DNA of 62,633 nt, filler included, from Choristocarpus tenellus KU-1152 (GCA_964200185.2; 9 parts of 9 records of this genome joined end to end with filler, not necessarily neighbours in it), one strand, 5' to 3'. Counted from the first letter of the whole stretch, positions 36,301 to 50,680 are shown. Made by a program: numbers and translations. Notes: generated from the letters alone by a model not told the origin.

Positions 36301-38097
36301 CTAACTCGAGCTGAGTTTTTGCTGGGAAGGAAGTTGACTGTGCCTTGAGGTCACCTGCAGAACGCCTCTCTATCCTCGAAGCTGGAAGAACAAGGAGCAG
36401 AACACTAGAAGAATGATTCACACCATTTCAGCACTGAGGGTCGGTTTCAAAGTGTAACTGTTGAATTTCCAGCAAGAAGTGCGTCCACGAGTGTCCACGA
36501 GGAGACTGATAACACATGAAGCAGCTTAAGATGGGGATATCACCTTCGCGAAAATGGAGAGAGAAACATTTTGGTTCTTGGATGGGGAAGGTGAGCTCGA
36601 ATGAGGGTGCTGGTTGACCACGAGGATCAGCAGGACTGTTTTCGCTGTGAAACCTTGTGCTGGCCTTTCAAGGAGGTGCATGGTGACAGTCCAGGTGCTG
36701 TCAATGCTGAGAGGATTTACGTGTAAATAGATAGTAATGCTTCCTCTGTTCAGCATCAGTTCGAACAGACGGTGGGGCAGGCTTTTCATGCACAAGATCG
36801 TATCAGATTTTCATTTTTTTTTTCATGGGGGGGTCTTGCTGATACCCGTTATGAACTTTTACCCTAAAATGTCAGGGAAAGTCTGACTTTTTCTATGTCG
36901 CTCGCTGCTAAGCTGTAAGAAAAAGTTCTTCCTAATGCGGTCTATCTCCTCCGTACAAAGCGTTCCAACCGAAGTTGAACAGAGCAAGTACTTGGTTTTG
37001 ACTGGAACTTGTGTGCGGAGTTTTGTATACGATCATGGCTTTCAAGGCAGGCGGCTGAGTGTTGAGCGATAGATTCGGAGGTGTCTAGGACTGAGCTTCT
37101 TCCCAGTTCAAAAAGTCAAAGGTTAGCGAGGTCTAGCGAGGTCTGAGGCGAGTAGGAAAGTCCTCCACTGTAGTGGACATATGGTGCAAGGGTTAAGAAG
37201 CAACTGTTGCACCGCTGGGAACAACCCCTTTTGTGCCCGTTTCATGTCACCAGACGCGGGTCAGACGCTCGACCAGCTTGTTGTGACCTTGTTACGTTTC
37301 TTTATGGAAACTGACGTGGCTAAGAAAGGCCTCGCTCTTTTTTCTGGACCGGTCAGTCGGTTCGCATCCTTGTACCTAACTTAAGTGCTGCTGCAGTGGT
37401 TCTGGTGCATCGACTTGCTTTTTTTTTTGCCCTTACTCAGCCTCCTGCGGCCCCCACCTTCCTCGCCTTCGTTGTTAGTCATCTCTCTGATGCATCCCAT
37501 CGCCCCCAACGAGGCTGAACCCGATCGCTCATATTTTGATACATACAAGTCATGAATTGTGTTTTTTGTGATGGTACAAAATGAAGGTGGTAGACCCTCA
37601 ACGCGTGTCCGGCTTTCTCGTGCATCGTGCGCACCGTGTGGTGGAGACATCCAGCGAAGCCTTCATACTCAGGTGGGATTGCGTTGATTGTTGCTCTATT
37701 GGGCTCTCTGTTCGTGTGTTGTAGAGAGTTGTGTTGCACTGCATGGGATGCATGTTACGGTGTGTTAATTTAATTTGGTTGTGTACTAGTGGAACCGTGC
37801 TGTGTTAATTCTATGTTGTGTTGTATGAGTGTTGTGTACTAGCGAACCGTGCTGTTTTAATTTTAAGTTATCGTTGTGTGGGTGTTGTGTGAATTTAGTG
37901 TGTGTTGCACGTACTTGCTGCTCCATTTGCGCTCTCTGTTTGCGTGTTGTAGAGAGTTGTTGCACATTGTAAGATGCATGTTACGGCGTATCAATTGTGT
38001 TGTGTACTAGTGGAACCGTGCTGCGTTAATTCTATGTTGTGTTGGTATGAATGTTTTGTGCGACTTGCAATGTGTGTTGCATGTTGTGTTTTTCCCC

Positions 38098-38129
<32 letters not shown>

Positions 38130-38155
38130 TTAGGAGTTCTGTTCCGTGTTTTGTG

Positions 38156-38191
<36 letters not shown>

Positions 38192-38941
38192 TTAGCAGTT
38201 CTGTTCCGTGTTTTGTGAGGTGTGTTTGATACTGCATGTGGCATGTTGCTGTGCTTCTTCTTATTGATTGGTCGGCTCTGTCATAACCTCTTTGAAGGGT
38301 TTTTGGAGCTCTCACATGTGTTTCATCCACATCTGTATATCATCCTCGTGCAATTGATCTGTGTTGTGTCATCATGTGTTGGTTTTATTGAGATTTTTTT
38401 TCTGTACGTGTGATCGATCAGGAGGTGCTGTCTGGGGTAAGACCCATTCGTTTGACCTGATATGATATGTTTTTGCTAGAGGTTTCTTGGTGCACAAGTA
38501 AAATGACTACCATTTTTTTTTGGCATTGGCTGTTGACTGGTTTTGCTTGTTCTCTCCCTGCCTCCTCTCTCTCATGTATGCACATTAATTTTTTTTTTTT
38601 TGCTGAACCAGCGTCGGTAAGTATGATGAAAAATAGTATTGCCGCCTTTGACCTAAGAATGAAGAAGTGACCTGGTTGACTTGCTGACTGACTGACTGGA
38701 TTGCGTTTATTTTTATTATACGTGTCCTTAGGTTTTCCCCACCTTAAAAAAAACAGATATCAACACCCATGGTTTCTAGTAGCATCTGCAACTATTTTTT
38801 TTTAGCCTCTTTCTTGTGCTGTTTCCTGCGTTTGTTTGTGTCACTGCCAGGGTGTTCCGTGAAGCCAACCACGACGGTTTCATCAAGGCTTTCTCAGATG
38901 AGCCGGAGGCATTTTTGTCTGGGTTTGGGAAACTGGAGAAG
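33363..38941 (+). CDS. ERCC4: DNA repair endonuclease XPF (ERCC4/RAD1), N-terminal helicase-like region, partial; exons 33363-34334, 35155-35259, 37587-37672, 38851-38941
   Basis: Spliced translation: ELMDHDGLVVMARGLG...SLVLCLN...LPE|VLDAEFTPAQRREMYLLGGVFLVTSRVLIVDLLNK|VVDPQRVSGFLVHRAHRVVETSSEAFILR|VFREANHDGFIKAFSDEPEAF. This matches XPF motifs DGLVVxARGLG, TSRILVVD, AHRxxExxxEAFILR and GFIKAF. Exact start ATG uncertain; truncated by the contig end. Confidence 0.92.
37703..38220 (+). repeat. Intronic ~230-bp-period duplication followed by duplicated (TG)n microsatellite units
   Basis: GCTCTCTGTT...AGAGAGTTG...GATGCATGTTACGG...TACTAGTGGAACCGTGCTG occurs at ~37703 and ~37931. (TG)n + TATGTGTTTAG.AGTTCTGTTCCGTGTTTTGTGA occurs twice. 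Confidence 0.8.
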
Positions 38942-39392
38942 GTATAGTGTGTACTGTATGTCTAAGATGCCAAATGGCAATTTACATTTTCGGATGTGTG
39001 TATGTGTGTATGTGTGTATATGTGTGTGTGTGTGTTTTTGTGTGTTTGTGTATTTGTGTCAATGGTTTTTATGTACCTGTAGCGATCTTTGATGTTGCAA
39101 GTGTTGGGAGCCAAAGCATTTAAGAGGGTAGGAGTTTTGCCCTGTTTGTCTGTTCAGGCTTGGCTTCCCACGTTTTTTTTATGCCCTTTTACAGTGTTCT
39201 GGCTCAAAGTATCTGGGGGGGGGGGGGGGGGGGGGGGGGGGGCTTTACGGGAGTCCCTTTGGGGCCTGTCCCGGGGAAGGGGGCGTTCACTTACCTATTG
39301 AGGTTGGCCACCANNNNNNNNNNTGTTGGTGTTTTTTTTTTTTCTTTTTTGTGTTTGTTTCTTTTTTTTTTTTTTTTGTGTTTGGGTGTGGT

Positions 39393-39440
<48 letters not shown>

Positions 39441-41564
39441 GGGGTCTATATCAGAGTGTCCATTTGGGCCCTGACCAGGGAAAGTGCACTTACATTATCC
39501 ATTTGATGCATGCAACCAAATCACCCAAAAATTGTGACATGGGAAAAAATGGGCCCCAAATGACAGCCGCTCCCCCCCCCCCCCCCCGCAACCCCGAAAC
39601 TCCGTTCGAAAACAACCGGNNNNNNNNNNNNNNNNNNNNNNNNNNNNNNNNNNNNNNNNNNNNTTAATTAATTAANNNNNNNNNNNNNNNNNNNNNNNNN
39701 NNNNNNNNNNNNNNNNNNNGGAACAGCGGGGCGGGGGGGGCATCGGTATCTACACCAGGGTGTCCATTTGGGTCAAAATCAGGAAAAGTGCATTTACATT
39801 ATCCATCCAACGTATGCTACCAAATCATCGAAAAATTGCGACATGAAAAAATTGACCTTAAATGGGCAGCCGCCACCACCCCCCAGATACTTTGAGCCCC
39901 AAACCGATTGAGAGGGAGGCAGGGTTTACATTTTAAGGATCCTGAGCAAGGAAAAAAATATATGTAATTTTGCACAATTGCAGAAAGAGTCTTTGCTGAA
40001 TTGTGATGTCACGTTGTGTGAGGAAAAGGAGAATATCAATTTTGCATACACCATTGTGCACATGAAGCAATGAAATAGAGTGCACAGGGTAAGACAGGTG
40101 GCTTAGAATGTGTAAGGGTCCAAACCTGAGTACATCTCCATTGGTTTGGTCCGAAATAAGATCAGCAGGCAGACATTATCACATGTGGTTGGTGGTCAAG
40201 ACCACTTTCACATGATGGGCTGTACCTGCTTCAACCTCAGTGGTATGCAGGCATCTATAAGTCCTCACATCTGTCGCATCTATTTGGGTCTTCTACAGGA
40301 AAAACTCATTGATCTCCTATGATGTCGAAAGCCTTGAGGTCGTCGTCTTGAAGGCATCGCAACCAATTTTTCCTGGTCCCCCCTTCTCCCCTGTTTGGTT
40401 TCTGAGCATCTAGCTACTTCCAAAATGCTGATTGTGTTCGACGATTCAGCAGAAAGATTGTGGGGAGTTTCTGCAACACTCTTAGTTCTTATTGAGTTAT
40501 TCAAGCATAAGGTTCTTGGGTTATTTATCGCCATCCATTCGCAACATGAAAACTGCAAATACAGCCTCCTTCAGCGGATACTGGCCTCAATGCACTTACA
40601 TACAGTTAGCTCTCTTAAGGGATTCTCTCTAAGACATGGGAAGGTCCGTACACTTCCTTTTGTGGAACCCAACGCAACCCTGTAGGAATTTGCAGTGTTG
40701 GGCACGGAATTGGGCGTAATGATCCATCCCTTTTTAGTATTCACCTCATACATCCATACGGCACAATCTATAGAGCTTGGACTTTGAGCACTCAAATATT
40801 ATCCCCACTCTACAACATACTTCCGCAATGTTGTGTTGTGTGTTTTACTACTGTACTATACTGACGTTTTATACTATGATTACTTCCTTATTGCGCTGGG
40901 AAAAAAACATCTTGAAAGTACCTCCTTCTTCAACCAATTAGTAGTGTTACAAAAGATTACTGTATTTACTACTTCTCGGGATTTAATCAGTGCAAGCGGT
41001 AAGTTTGCGCGCTGGAAACCATACATAGGAAAGTTCGTTTCGCTATAGTTCTAGTGTTAAGGTTTTAGCACAAAATCTGTAATCTAGAATAAGCAACAGT
41101 TTTTAGTTGTATTACAACTTCTGAAAACTGGATCCATTTTAGAACTCACTTCATGTGTTCACAAACCACCCAAGTTCTCTGTCCTGATTGTCGTACACTT
41201 ACCCTGAGAATAACTATTCCTTCATTTGCTAATCTGCTAATCACCATCTCCGATGGTCATCAGGCTATCCATACATCTCAGGCGCCTTTTACGTTAATCT
41301 CCGCCATCAACAACAGGCTTGTGGATTGGAGGCGCACATTCCGTGGAGGAAAGCTATGGAGTTTTTTGTAACACTGGTGGGTATTATAGATTTCCCACAA
41401 AAAGCAGAAGAAAATTGGCGCCAAACGCTATCATGTTGGTGGGGTTGTCGCCGAAACCTCCAATTTCAATTTGAACTGTCTCCGATTTTGCCCTAAATTC
41501 GTCGGCCTTACGATTTTACAATATTCTGATTTATAGATGGAGTAGCTTTAAAATCAACACCTTT

Positions 41565-41860
41565 ATAATGGAAAGTTTTGGGCGGCTCGGTAAGCAGGCA
41601 GAAAGTTTCAAAATGAGTTGGCCACACATGCATTGGGGGAGAAAGGGCAGGGAGGTGTATACCAGGAAAGGGACTGCCAAGTCCCGCTTAGGGCAGATAT
41701 TGTCCCTCACTACACAAGTAGCTCTCTCCAGACACGCCATGCGTTTGAAGCTAGATACACCAGGCAGATGGGCAAGACGGGGTGTGTCAGATTATTGAAA
41801 TGCTCCCCAAGTTCCTCGCCCCTTTTGCAGGGCTAAGATAGGTTAGAGGGATAGCAGCAG
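41565..41860 (+). repeat. Dispersed ~300-bp repeat family; copies at ~31420-31650, 41565-41860, 42110-42410, 55210-55510
   Basis: Shared TGGAAAGTTTTGGGC..CTCGGTA.GCA, CACCAGGAAAGG...AAATCCCG, CACAAGTRGCYCT.TC.AGAC, GATGGGCAAG..GGG and CTAAGCTAGGTT blocks. Confidence 0.8.
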
Positions 41861-42714
41861 TGTACACATTACAATATAATTACCAACCTTGAAGAGAGTA
41901 TTGTGGTATAGATAGTATTCAAATAGAAAATAGTTTTCAGAGTATCATTTACATTAACAACTAATATTTCTTTTACAGCGATATCCCTTGCGATATAGAG
42001 GTTTGTCTTTTTCCTTGGCTCATCTACAAAATGTCAGAGAGGAGGATAATAATAATAGAGCACCCACTATGAGGGTCCTCTTGACCCTCGTAGATATAAC
42101 CTCAACACCTTCGAGTGGAAAGTTTTGGGCGCCTCGGTAAGCAATCGATTTTTTTTATGAGTTGGCTATGCGCGTGGTAGGGGGGAGAGGGACTTGAGGC
42201 TACAACAGGAAAGGAACCGCCAAACCCCGTTTAACACAGATAATGTCCGTCACAACACAAGTGGCTCTATCAAGACGTTTCGTGCGTTTAAAGCTGGAGA
42301 CACCAGGGAGATGGGCAAGGAGGGGCATGTATGTCAGATTATTGAGATGCTTCCCTAGCTCCTTGCCCCGGGGTGTAGGGCTAAGCTAAGTTGGAGGTAT
42401 AGGAGGGGGAGTGGTATACCATAGCTGGTGGTGGTAGAATAGTAAATAGATAAAAAAATGTCTTTCACATTTACGACAACTGTTCCTTTTCCAGGGTTTG
42501 TTCTGACATTTAATTGACTTTTCATGTGAGAGCCATCTTCCAACTAAGGTATACCTTTAACGTGAGGCTCAAAGTATCTGGGGGGGGGTGGCAGCTGTCC
42601 ATTTGGGGTTATTTTTTTCATGTCACTACTTTTGTGTGATTTGGTTGGATACGTCGGATGGATAATGCAAGTGCCCTTTTCCTGGTTATGGACCAAATGG
42701 ACACCCTGGTGCAG

Positions 42715-42746
<32 letters not shown>

Positions 42747-44063
42747 CGTGTGCCCCTCTTTACCCCGCCCGCCTCTATATGTTTTTTATTTTCTCTCTNN
42801 NNNNNNNNNNNNNNNNNNNNNNNNNNNNNNNNNNNNNNNNNNTTAATTAATTAANNNNNNNNNNNNNNNNNNNNNNNNNNNNNNNNNNNNNNNNNNNNGT
42901 GTCGGATTTGAAATGTCAGAAAAAAAAAGAGTTCTTTGACCGAAACGGACGCCCCCTCACAAACCACCCCCAGATACTTTGACCCTTGAAATAATACATC
43001 AAAATCGGAACATTGGATTTTTGCCCCGAAATGGACGAGGATCTACCCTCTAAGATACTTTGACTCAGACGTAGTTTCTCCAGTCGTATGTGGGAGGGTA
43101 CATTAAGTTGATTGCAAAGAGCAGTAAATGATGGTCTGGAAATAAATCTAACAGGAGATACGAACCATTTGTTCAATTATGGATGCGGGAAGGGGAGACC
43201 TTCAAGTTAGGTTGTTAACAAGGGAAAGGGGAGGTGCAAGCGTGAAGCAAACAATCTCTAGTGGCCATCAAAGAAAGCTACCACAGACACTATACCTTGA
43301 ACAGATGCAGATTCCCTCCACTACTACTGTGCAATTAATTCTACTACTTGACTTCCTTCTCTGATGCAAAAAACCGAAAAACTGATCTCCCAGTTTTAAC
43401 CTTCAATTCCTCCAACTTTTACTCTTGAGTGATTTTGTGCTGGTACCTTATTTGTGGCCCAACTCCACCTTAAACGTGGCCCAACAACTTCTAACTTTGT
43501 TTCCATCTAAAATTACTAACCCTAACTATTAATGGGGTTCTACCTATTATTATTACTGCTGCTGTGCCGTATAGACTTCAAATTTTTTTCATGTACTGAA
43601 TTGTAATCGAGCTGTACACGAAACGCAAGGGACTAGCCACCTGAAGCATTGAGGGCTCCAAGGCTCTGCGAGCATTACGCGCAGGTATTGCATCCAATAG
43701 TGAGTTTCCTATTGTACTTCATTCACACACTTCCCTATCTTGGTCTTGATTCTCAACTTTTTATATCTGAGGAGCCCAACTCCATGGACTTGCAAACTGA
43801 TCTCAGCATGGGGGGCAGGAGGAATGGTGGAGTATCGGTGCATTGCTTGTTCAAAAAAAGGCCGTCTTATCTATCACCTTATTTGATGCAGGAGTGGCGT
43901 ATTGGTTGTACATTTCAAGCTATAATGAGCTCTCTAATAATCTGTAAGCGGGAGAGCTAGAAGTCAGTAATATCTGTATCTAAGCAAAGCTGTTTCCCAA
44001 CCCTTAATTTTTACTCTGAAGTACATTTAATTGTTTGCGTCTCATTCATTGACATCGACATAT

Positions 44064-44543
44064 GAGCCAAGGTAAACGAGAGGTACCCATTTTTTTTTAT
44101 CTTTTGCACTTCACCCATATTTCTATGAATGAAGTGCTAAGTTTTGCCTTTAAAAGGTTGATTTCTTTACTGCTTGAGAGTTAAAGTATCTTAGAGGGTA
44201 CGAATTTTGCCCTATTTGTCCATTCGGGGCTTGGCTTCCCACGAGTTTTTGTTATGACATTTACCTACTCCAAAATGTTTCGCAGTAGGCAAAATATGTA
44301 TACATTATGAAAAGGTGTGTCTGGAACCAAGGATATCGACACTTCCTAACAAACTTGACAACCAAAATTACATCAAAATCGCAACAATGGATTTTGGTCC
44401 CCAAATGGACGCGGCCCTACCCTCTAAGACACAATTTGAAAAATCTCCTAAACGCACGCGTATTAAAAAAGCCAAATTTGCACATATTTGCAAGCATCCA
44501 TAAAATGTAACTTTGTCTGGGTACCTCTCGTTTACTTTGACTC
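44064..44543. mobile_element. MITE family C with a nested family-A MITE (44178-44431); lone right end at ~28347-28372
   Basis: 26-bp TIR GAGCCAAGGTAAACGAGAGGTACCCA pairs with TGGGTACCTCTCGTTTACTTTGACTC (2 mismatches). Confidence 0.75.
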
Positions 44544-46862
44544 TGAATTAACTGCAATCGATTCTACAGCTAAGTAGCGGTTTCTCGCTGACGAACCTCA
44601 TTTATATACTTCAAAGCAATTGGCAGCAGCAGTTACTGCCCCAAGCCAATATTACTGCTGCTAGGAAGAATATATGTTTTACGCTCGTTACAAAACAGTG
44701 GGACGTGTATATAGTGAAAAATTGTTACACCAAGAGGATTAAAAAAAAAGTCACCACAATTGATAACCTCATTCACAGCGGGCCGTTGTCTTTTGCATGG
44801 TGCACCTGGTTACAAATAACAACAGCAACCTTCATTTACTGTTGCTTCTACATCTCCATGTCCAGCCCTATTTCACAGACACCTGTATATGCACTTCTCC
44901 TAATATTTCAAAAGCCTAAATTCATGCATATCGAAATCGATTGGGTGGGGAGTCGAATGGGACACCTGGACTCTCTCGTGCATACGTAATAAATGTATGC
45001 CTGGGTAACAAGGAGGGAATGCAACGCAGGGGGAAGAAGAGAGGGATCTCGATCAGTCGTTATTAGTAGCCGTAGTACTTCAGGAACAGCAACAGTTGGA
45101 ATGAAGAAAAGTAACAGCGGGGTATTATGCCTGGGTCAACTCGTGGGGACTGTGCCAGGGGAAAAAGAGAAGAGGGTCCGCCACCTAGGAGTCACAGTGT
45201 TTTAGTAGCAGTAGAAAAAAATGCTCAGGGGAGGGCTGTGTCTGAAGTGAAAATAGGAGGAGAAGCTCCGCCACCTAGCAGTCACTTTGGTCAAACAGCA
45301 CCAGGAGGAAAAGGGCAAAGATGGTCAATGCCTGGGTAGTAGGGGTGGGCTGTGCCAGGGGAGGGCTGTGCCTGCCTGTGTGAAAGAAGAGGATGACCTA
45401 GCTAAGCGTACATATATAGCTATGTATAGGGTTTATGCACAAATTCGATCTTCAAAGTGACCAACAAGTATTATAACTTATATTGATTGGATCACAGGTC
45501 ATGACCCTGCCAGACAGCAAGAAAGAAATTACAAATAGATCACATGCTGGGACAACCATTAAGAGACCTCACAGGTAGTATAGAGTCAAATAGATGACAT
45601 TCTGTAAAAATTACCCCTCAATAGTGTTTTACAAAAGATTTGTGCTATTGGTAAAATAGAAAGGGGGGTGTCAATAGGTACGTATATCCACCTCATTGAG
45701 TTTTAGCAAGAGGTAGTATTATTTATTGCTACGTAGTAATGTGTCTGCTATGGTTGCTGTTATTTATTATACGGCTCAGCAGGTTTCATTTTTTTGCTAT
45801 TGTAGCTTTAAAGTGCTTTGACGTATTCTGTTTGGGGCAATCAAATTAAAAAACAGTCCAGAGGCACCCATACACGTATTCTCCAGAGTGTGCCGTTTCT
45901 TTCTTCCTACGAAATGTACACCCCTAAAACTTCGAAGAAGTCAAACAGGGTCAAACCAATGAGGTAATAATCAAGACCCCTTATAGTAAACTACATAAAT
46001 CTCTATCTTGCTGTCCTATTTCTTAATATTTTGGGGGGGGTTAGGGTTAGGGTTAGGTTCAGAATTATGTAAGGATATTGCTACGGATATGAGATGGGGG
46101 GAATAGAGTTCTGGTTTTTCACAAATCGCTCTGGTCTTGTTTCCACCTCTCCTTCAAATTTCTATTGTACGACAAACATTACTCAACCCAAGACATAATC
46201 GTTGGCACCTCAACTACTCCTTTTGTTATAAAGTATGCCACCGTGCGATTTTGATGAGAGTGTCCTCTTGTTAGTGATTCTTTCTCGGCGTGAACTTCTC
46301 TTACTCCCCTGTTCGTTGCGCCTCTTCCTGTCCCCTTCGCTGTTCCCACGAAGGAAATAAAAAATAGATTTGATGAAGTCGCCCAACGATGTGATACGAA
46401 ATAAACTAATGGTGGCATGAATAATTGAGTATACCGTTAGTGGTATGCCTGTATGTTGTCGGAGCAATATTTAGTCGTATGAACCCATCCATCCCCCAAT
46501 ATCTAGTTGGTGGGGGAATCTCCGGTTTATCCTCAAAATCGTGTGGGAGCGACGATTTTGAACTATACATGTATTTCCCTAGTTGCCACAAAGTGGTCAC
46601 CCCTCATGTACCTCTGCCTACTGTGCCCTCTTTATTAGCCTCACCACCAGGCACTCAATCGAGGTTGTGGCTCACGTCGGTCAAAAAGCACCAAAAAGGC
46701 GAGAGTTTTTATCGTCTCTATCTCAGGATTGTTGGAGTTACCATGACATTTGGATAATAGACTGGCTTAGACTCCTTGCCTACTGGTTGTCTGCATCATC
46801 TGGTGTATTTTCTAATCTGTTCAGAAAGGTTTGTGTGGACCTGGCCTATGGTCTATGACTAT

Positions 46863-47120
46863 GAGTGAAAGTATCTTAGAGGGTATGAGTTTTGCCGTTT
46901 TTGTCCATTTGGGGCTTGGCTTCCCACGGGTTTCTTGCGACATTTTCCTACCTAGAAAATTTTCTGAGTAGGTAAACTGTATACGTTATGAAAAGGTGTG
47001 TCCGGAGCAAGGATATTGACACTTCCTAACAACCACGGTAGCCAAAATTACATCAAAATCGAAACATTGTATTTTGGCCTCCAAATGGACGCGGCTCTAC
47101 CCTCTAAGATACTTTGCATC
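46863..47120. mobile_element. Family-A MITE, full length
   Basis: GAGTGAAAGTATCTTAGAGGGTA...TACCCTCTAAGATACTTTGCATC. Body aligns with 15951-16209 and 56424-56686. Confidence 0.8.
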
Positions 47121-47738
47121 TGGTCTGTTACCTGTGATTATCTGTAGCAATTTTCGTTGTGAATTCTTGTCCGGATAAGATTCTCTCTCTTGTGGTCTCT
47201 CTCAATCGCAACCATCCCGTCATCTTCCATTATCTATGTTTATCTGGTTGGATCGATGCCACTAATCACCCATTGTGGACCTTAGATTACGATCTGGCAC
47301 TCCTCCACTACGACATGCCAGGTCGATTTTTCCAGATGCACTCCTTTACAAATCCACACAGTAAGGGTGCCCTATGTCTTCCTTTTTTTAACAACGCCTG
47401 TCTGAAGACACCCTGCAATGCGCACAGAGCTAACACAATTGACTCAAAGTATCTGGGAGAGGTGGATGCTGTCCATTTGGGACCCATTTTTCTGTTGTTG
47501 GGATTTTGCGTGATTTGGTTGCATGCGTCAGATGGATAATGTAAGTTCACTTCTCCTGGTCAGGGCCCGAATGGACACCCTGATGTAGTTCCCCCCCCCN
47601 NNNNNNNNNNNNNNNNNNNNNNNNNNNNNNNNNNNNNNNNNNNTTAATTAATTAANNNNNNNNNNNNNNNNNNNNNNNNNNNNNNNNNNNNNNNNNNNNG
47701 GGGGTGTGGGGTGGGGGCTTGGGGGGGGGGCGGGGGGG

Positions 47739-47777
<39 letters not shown>

Positions 47778-47970
47778 GTTGCTTTTTTAAGAAATTAGGA
47801 GAGGTGTTGGCGTGAAAGGCAACAGCATGGATATCAATTTGTCCACTCTGTGTGGTTTGATTGTTTACTTCGAAGTACTCACTTTGGTGCGTGTGAAGGG
47901 TGCGCATTATTTTTTCTTTTCCCACTCACGCTTGAAATTTGGCTACTGTCTACCATTGTCGTGTTTGAAA

Positions 47971-48001
<31 letters not shown>

Positions 48002-48677
48002 TTAGTAGATGTTTTAATAAGACTGTCCGGATAAAACTCTCTGCTGATTACTTTGGTATCGCTCTGGAGTGACTCTGGAGTGACGTATACCTTGCGTTTA
48101 TATGGGGTCCCTCTGTTGAGAGCTGTGCTTGAGAAGCAATCATAGTGTAGTGTGTACTAGACCATCAATAAAGTAAATGTATCTGTTGGTTACCATTGCA
48201 TGACTCTAGAGTATCACCGTACGTTCCTATAGTGATGCTGGTATTGAGGGAGCAAGGGAGGCATCATAGTTAGAGTTGATGAATCAATCAATCCTATTGG
48301 CTTAAGGTGCCATATTGATTTATCTGATTGATTGGTCCAGACATTGTTTTGGCTTTTGGTGCAATGTGGATATTTAACCTCGTAGCTGCACTCTGACATA
48401 TGACTCTTCATCAGACAGTACTGCGACCATAAGCTTTTCATCTCTGGTGCCATCTCTGATGCCTATAGTTGTTGGTTTTTGCTTGCACACCAGGATGTTC
48501 AAGGCCAAACAGGACATACCAGTGAGCTGTTTTTGCTATGATTACTCTCCAGAGGGAGTGGACTTCCGTTGGTAAGAATACTCCTACATACGTACATACA
48601 TACATATATACATACATACACATATACACACATACACACATACACACACCTGGCAAACCCACCATATGCTCATTCAG

Positions 48678-50587
48678 GGTCCAGACGGGGCCTGGGGCTG
48701 TCCCCTCACCCATGGTGACTCTCAAGAACCTCCTGTCAGAAGAGGACTGCAGTGATAAGGTATGGTGGGGGGTTGTATTTGGAGAGAACAAAACAGTATT
48801 TTGTGTAGTGGGACCTAGAGTTAGGGCTAGACTGCTGTACTCTGCGTATTCCGTAACCCTAACCCTAAGTACTGCATTTACACTCTGGTATAGAGTTCAC
48901 TTACAATTTATCAAGCACAGTATTAATAGTATGAATGTAGATTGGACAGGGGGGGGGGGAAGTTGTTGTCACTGTTCTCTTCTTGTTTCCAGTCAGAACC
49001 TCTCTTGGTTCAAAGTGATAGGGTGATGCTTGTATCGCCATTACCTCAAACAGAGTAGTTTTGTTTAATTCTAAGTTGGTGAAGGAGTAAATAATACGTC
49101 AGTGCTGTAGTGGTGTATACTTTGTATAGGTTCTAGCATTCTATTTTATTGTGAAGAATGTAATACACATTATATATATATTCATAGTTTTTTTTCTGTT
49201 GTTCTACCGATTTTCAAGTAGTATTTAAAACTTCATTTTTAATTAATATTTTTAGTTGAGAGTGATAGTATTTTTTTGTTCAAGTCTGCACCAGCTCTTT
49301 TTGAAAGACTTACAAGTTAGCTTTTCATTTCACAAGTCTCTCGAAATGCTGCTATTTTTCTTCCCCTAAAACTGGCTATTTGCTTGTGAAGCCTTCGGGT
49401 GTGAGCCTTTTTTTTATGGTATAGAAACTTGTCCATGTGCAGTTTATTTATTTTCTTAGCTTCACAGTAGTGACATCGTTCAAATCTTAGGAAAGAAACA
49501 CAATCTCGTACCTCTCAACACTTACACCTTCTTTGTCCCCCCTTCCCTTCCCATCCCTATCATAGTCCCACCTCCTCCGCCTACGTGTGCCAATTGTACT
49601 TGACTCTCTTGCTATTCTCACATGCCTGCTGAAAGATATGACAGGGGGGGGGTTGTTCTGTTTTATGCTTTTGTTTTATTTATCCTGTGCATTCATCCTC
49701 TGTTGAAAATTAGTCCAAATCCCGATGCTCTTTTCGTACTCTCTCCTTCAAACAAAAAAATAAAAATAAATCCAGGGGCGTGTTATTTGAAGGGTTAAGA
49801 AAAACGTATAGTCACTTATCAGGGGAAGACCTTTTTTTTTTGTAGTTGGAAGTATCCGCGCACCAACACGATTTCTTTTTTGTGACCTGTTTCTGTAGTT
49901 CCTGAACAAAGTGTTGGAAAGATGTGAAGTGTTTTGGTTCATCAAGATGGATTGTGCCTCTTTGAAAATATATAATATATTTGTAATTTAAAGAGATGAG
50001 CGAATGCTGTGTCCACTAATAGGTGCACCAGTTTGTGTCCCTGACAGATCTGACTGGTAGATGTGCGATCTGGTTGGTAGATGTGTGATCTGGTTGGTAG
50101 ATGTGTCTCGAAGAATTTTGGGTATGTATGTGCAAAGCTAGGTAGGAGCTAGTGTATTCTTGCTGAAGAATGTATATTTAATGAATATGTTCGTCACATC
50201 GCAAGCCTGCCGACATTATTGAGGTTATCGAGGACACTCTGCACATGAGGCAGATCTAAATCCACCACACACAAGTACAATAGTGATCTACCCAAACAAA
50301 ACAAAACACCCCCTATTTCTTTTTAACCAATAGAACGCACTCGATCATCTTCACACTGTAGTAAGCAGGAGACTCCATCCCTAACCCTACCTCCCCCCCC
50401 TGTCGGTGTTGAGTATTCAACCTCTGGCTAATCACAATGTCTGTGATGTCGTCACTCCCTCCTCAAATTTTCCCATGACATGGGTAATGTGTTGTGTGCT
50501 AAACAGGTTCGGTGGGTGTCTTTGACTGGCGCTGACCCGTCTCTCGTGATCCGCTTGGCCAACCGCTATGGCATACATCCTCTACAG
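48678..50587 (+). CDS. Internal exons (48678-48759, 50507-50587; possibly 52652-52725) of a CorA-like Mg2+/Zn2+ transporter
   Basis: AG/GT-bounded, phase-compatible exons read ...LLSEEDCSDK|VRWVSLTGADPSLVIRLANRYGIHPLQ, resembling the CorA W-x-x-x-x-G...LAxxxGxHPL motif. The GMN motif is not seen. Confidence 0.55.
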
Positions 50588-50680
50588 GTGAAAAGGAGAT
50601 TTGCAATGCTCTTTGCAATGCTCTTTGTAATGCTGACCCCGTGTAGAGCGCATACCATTTTCATTGGTTAGGGTTAGGGT

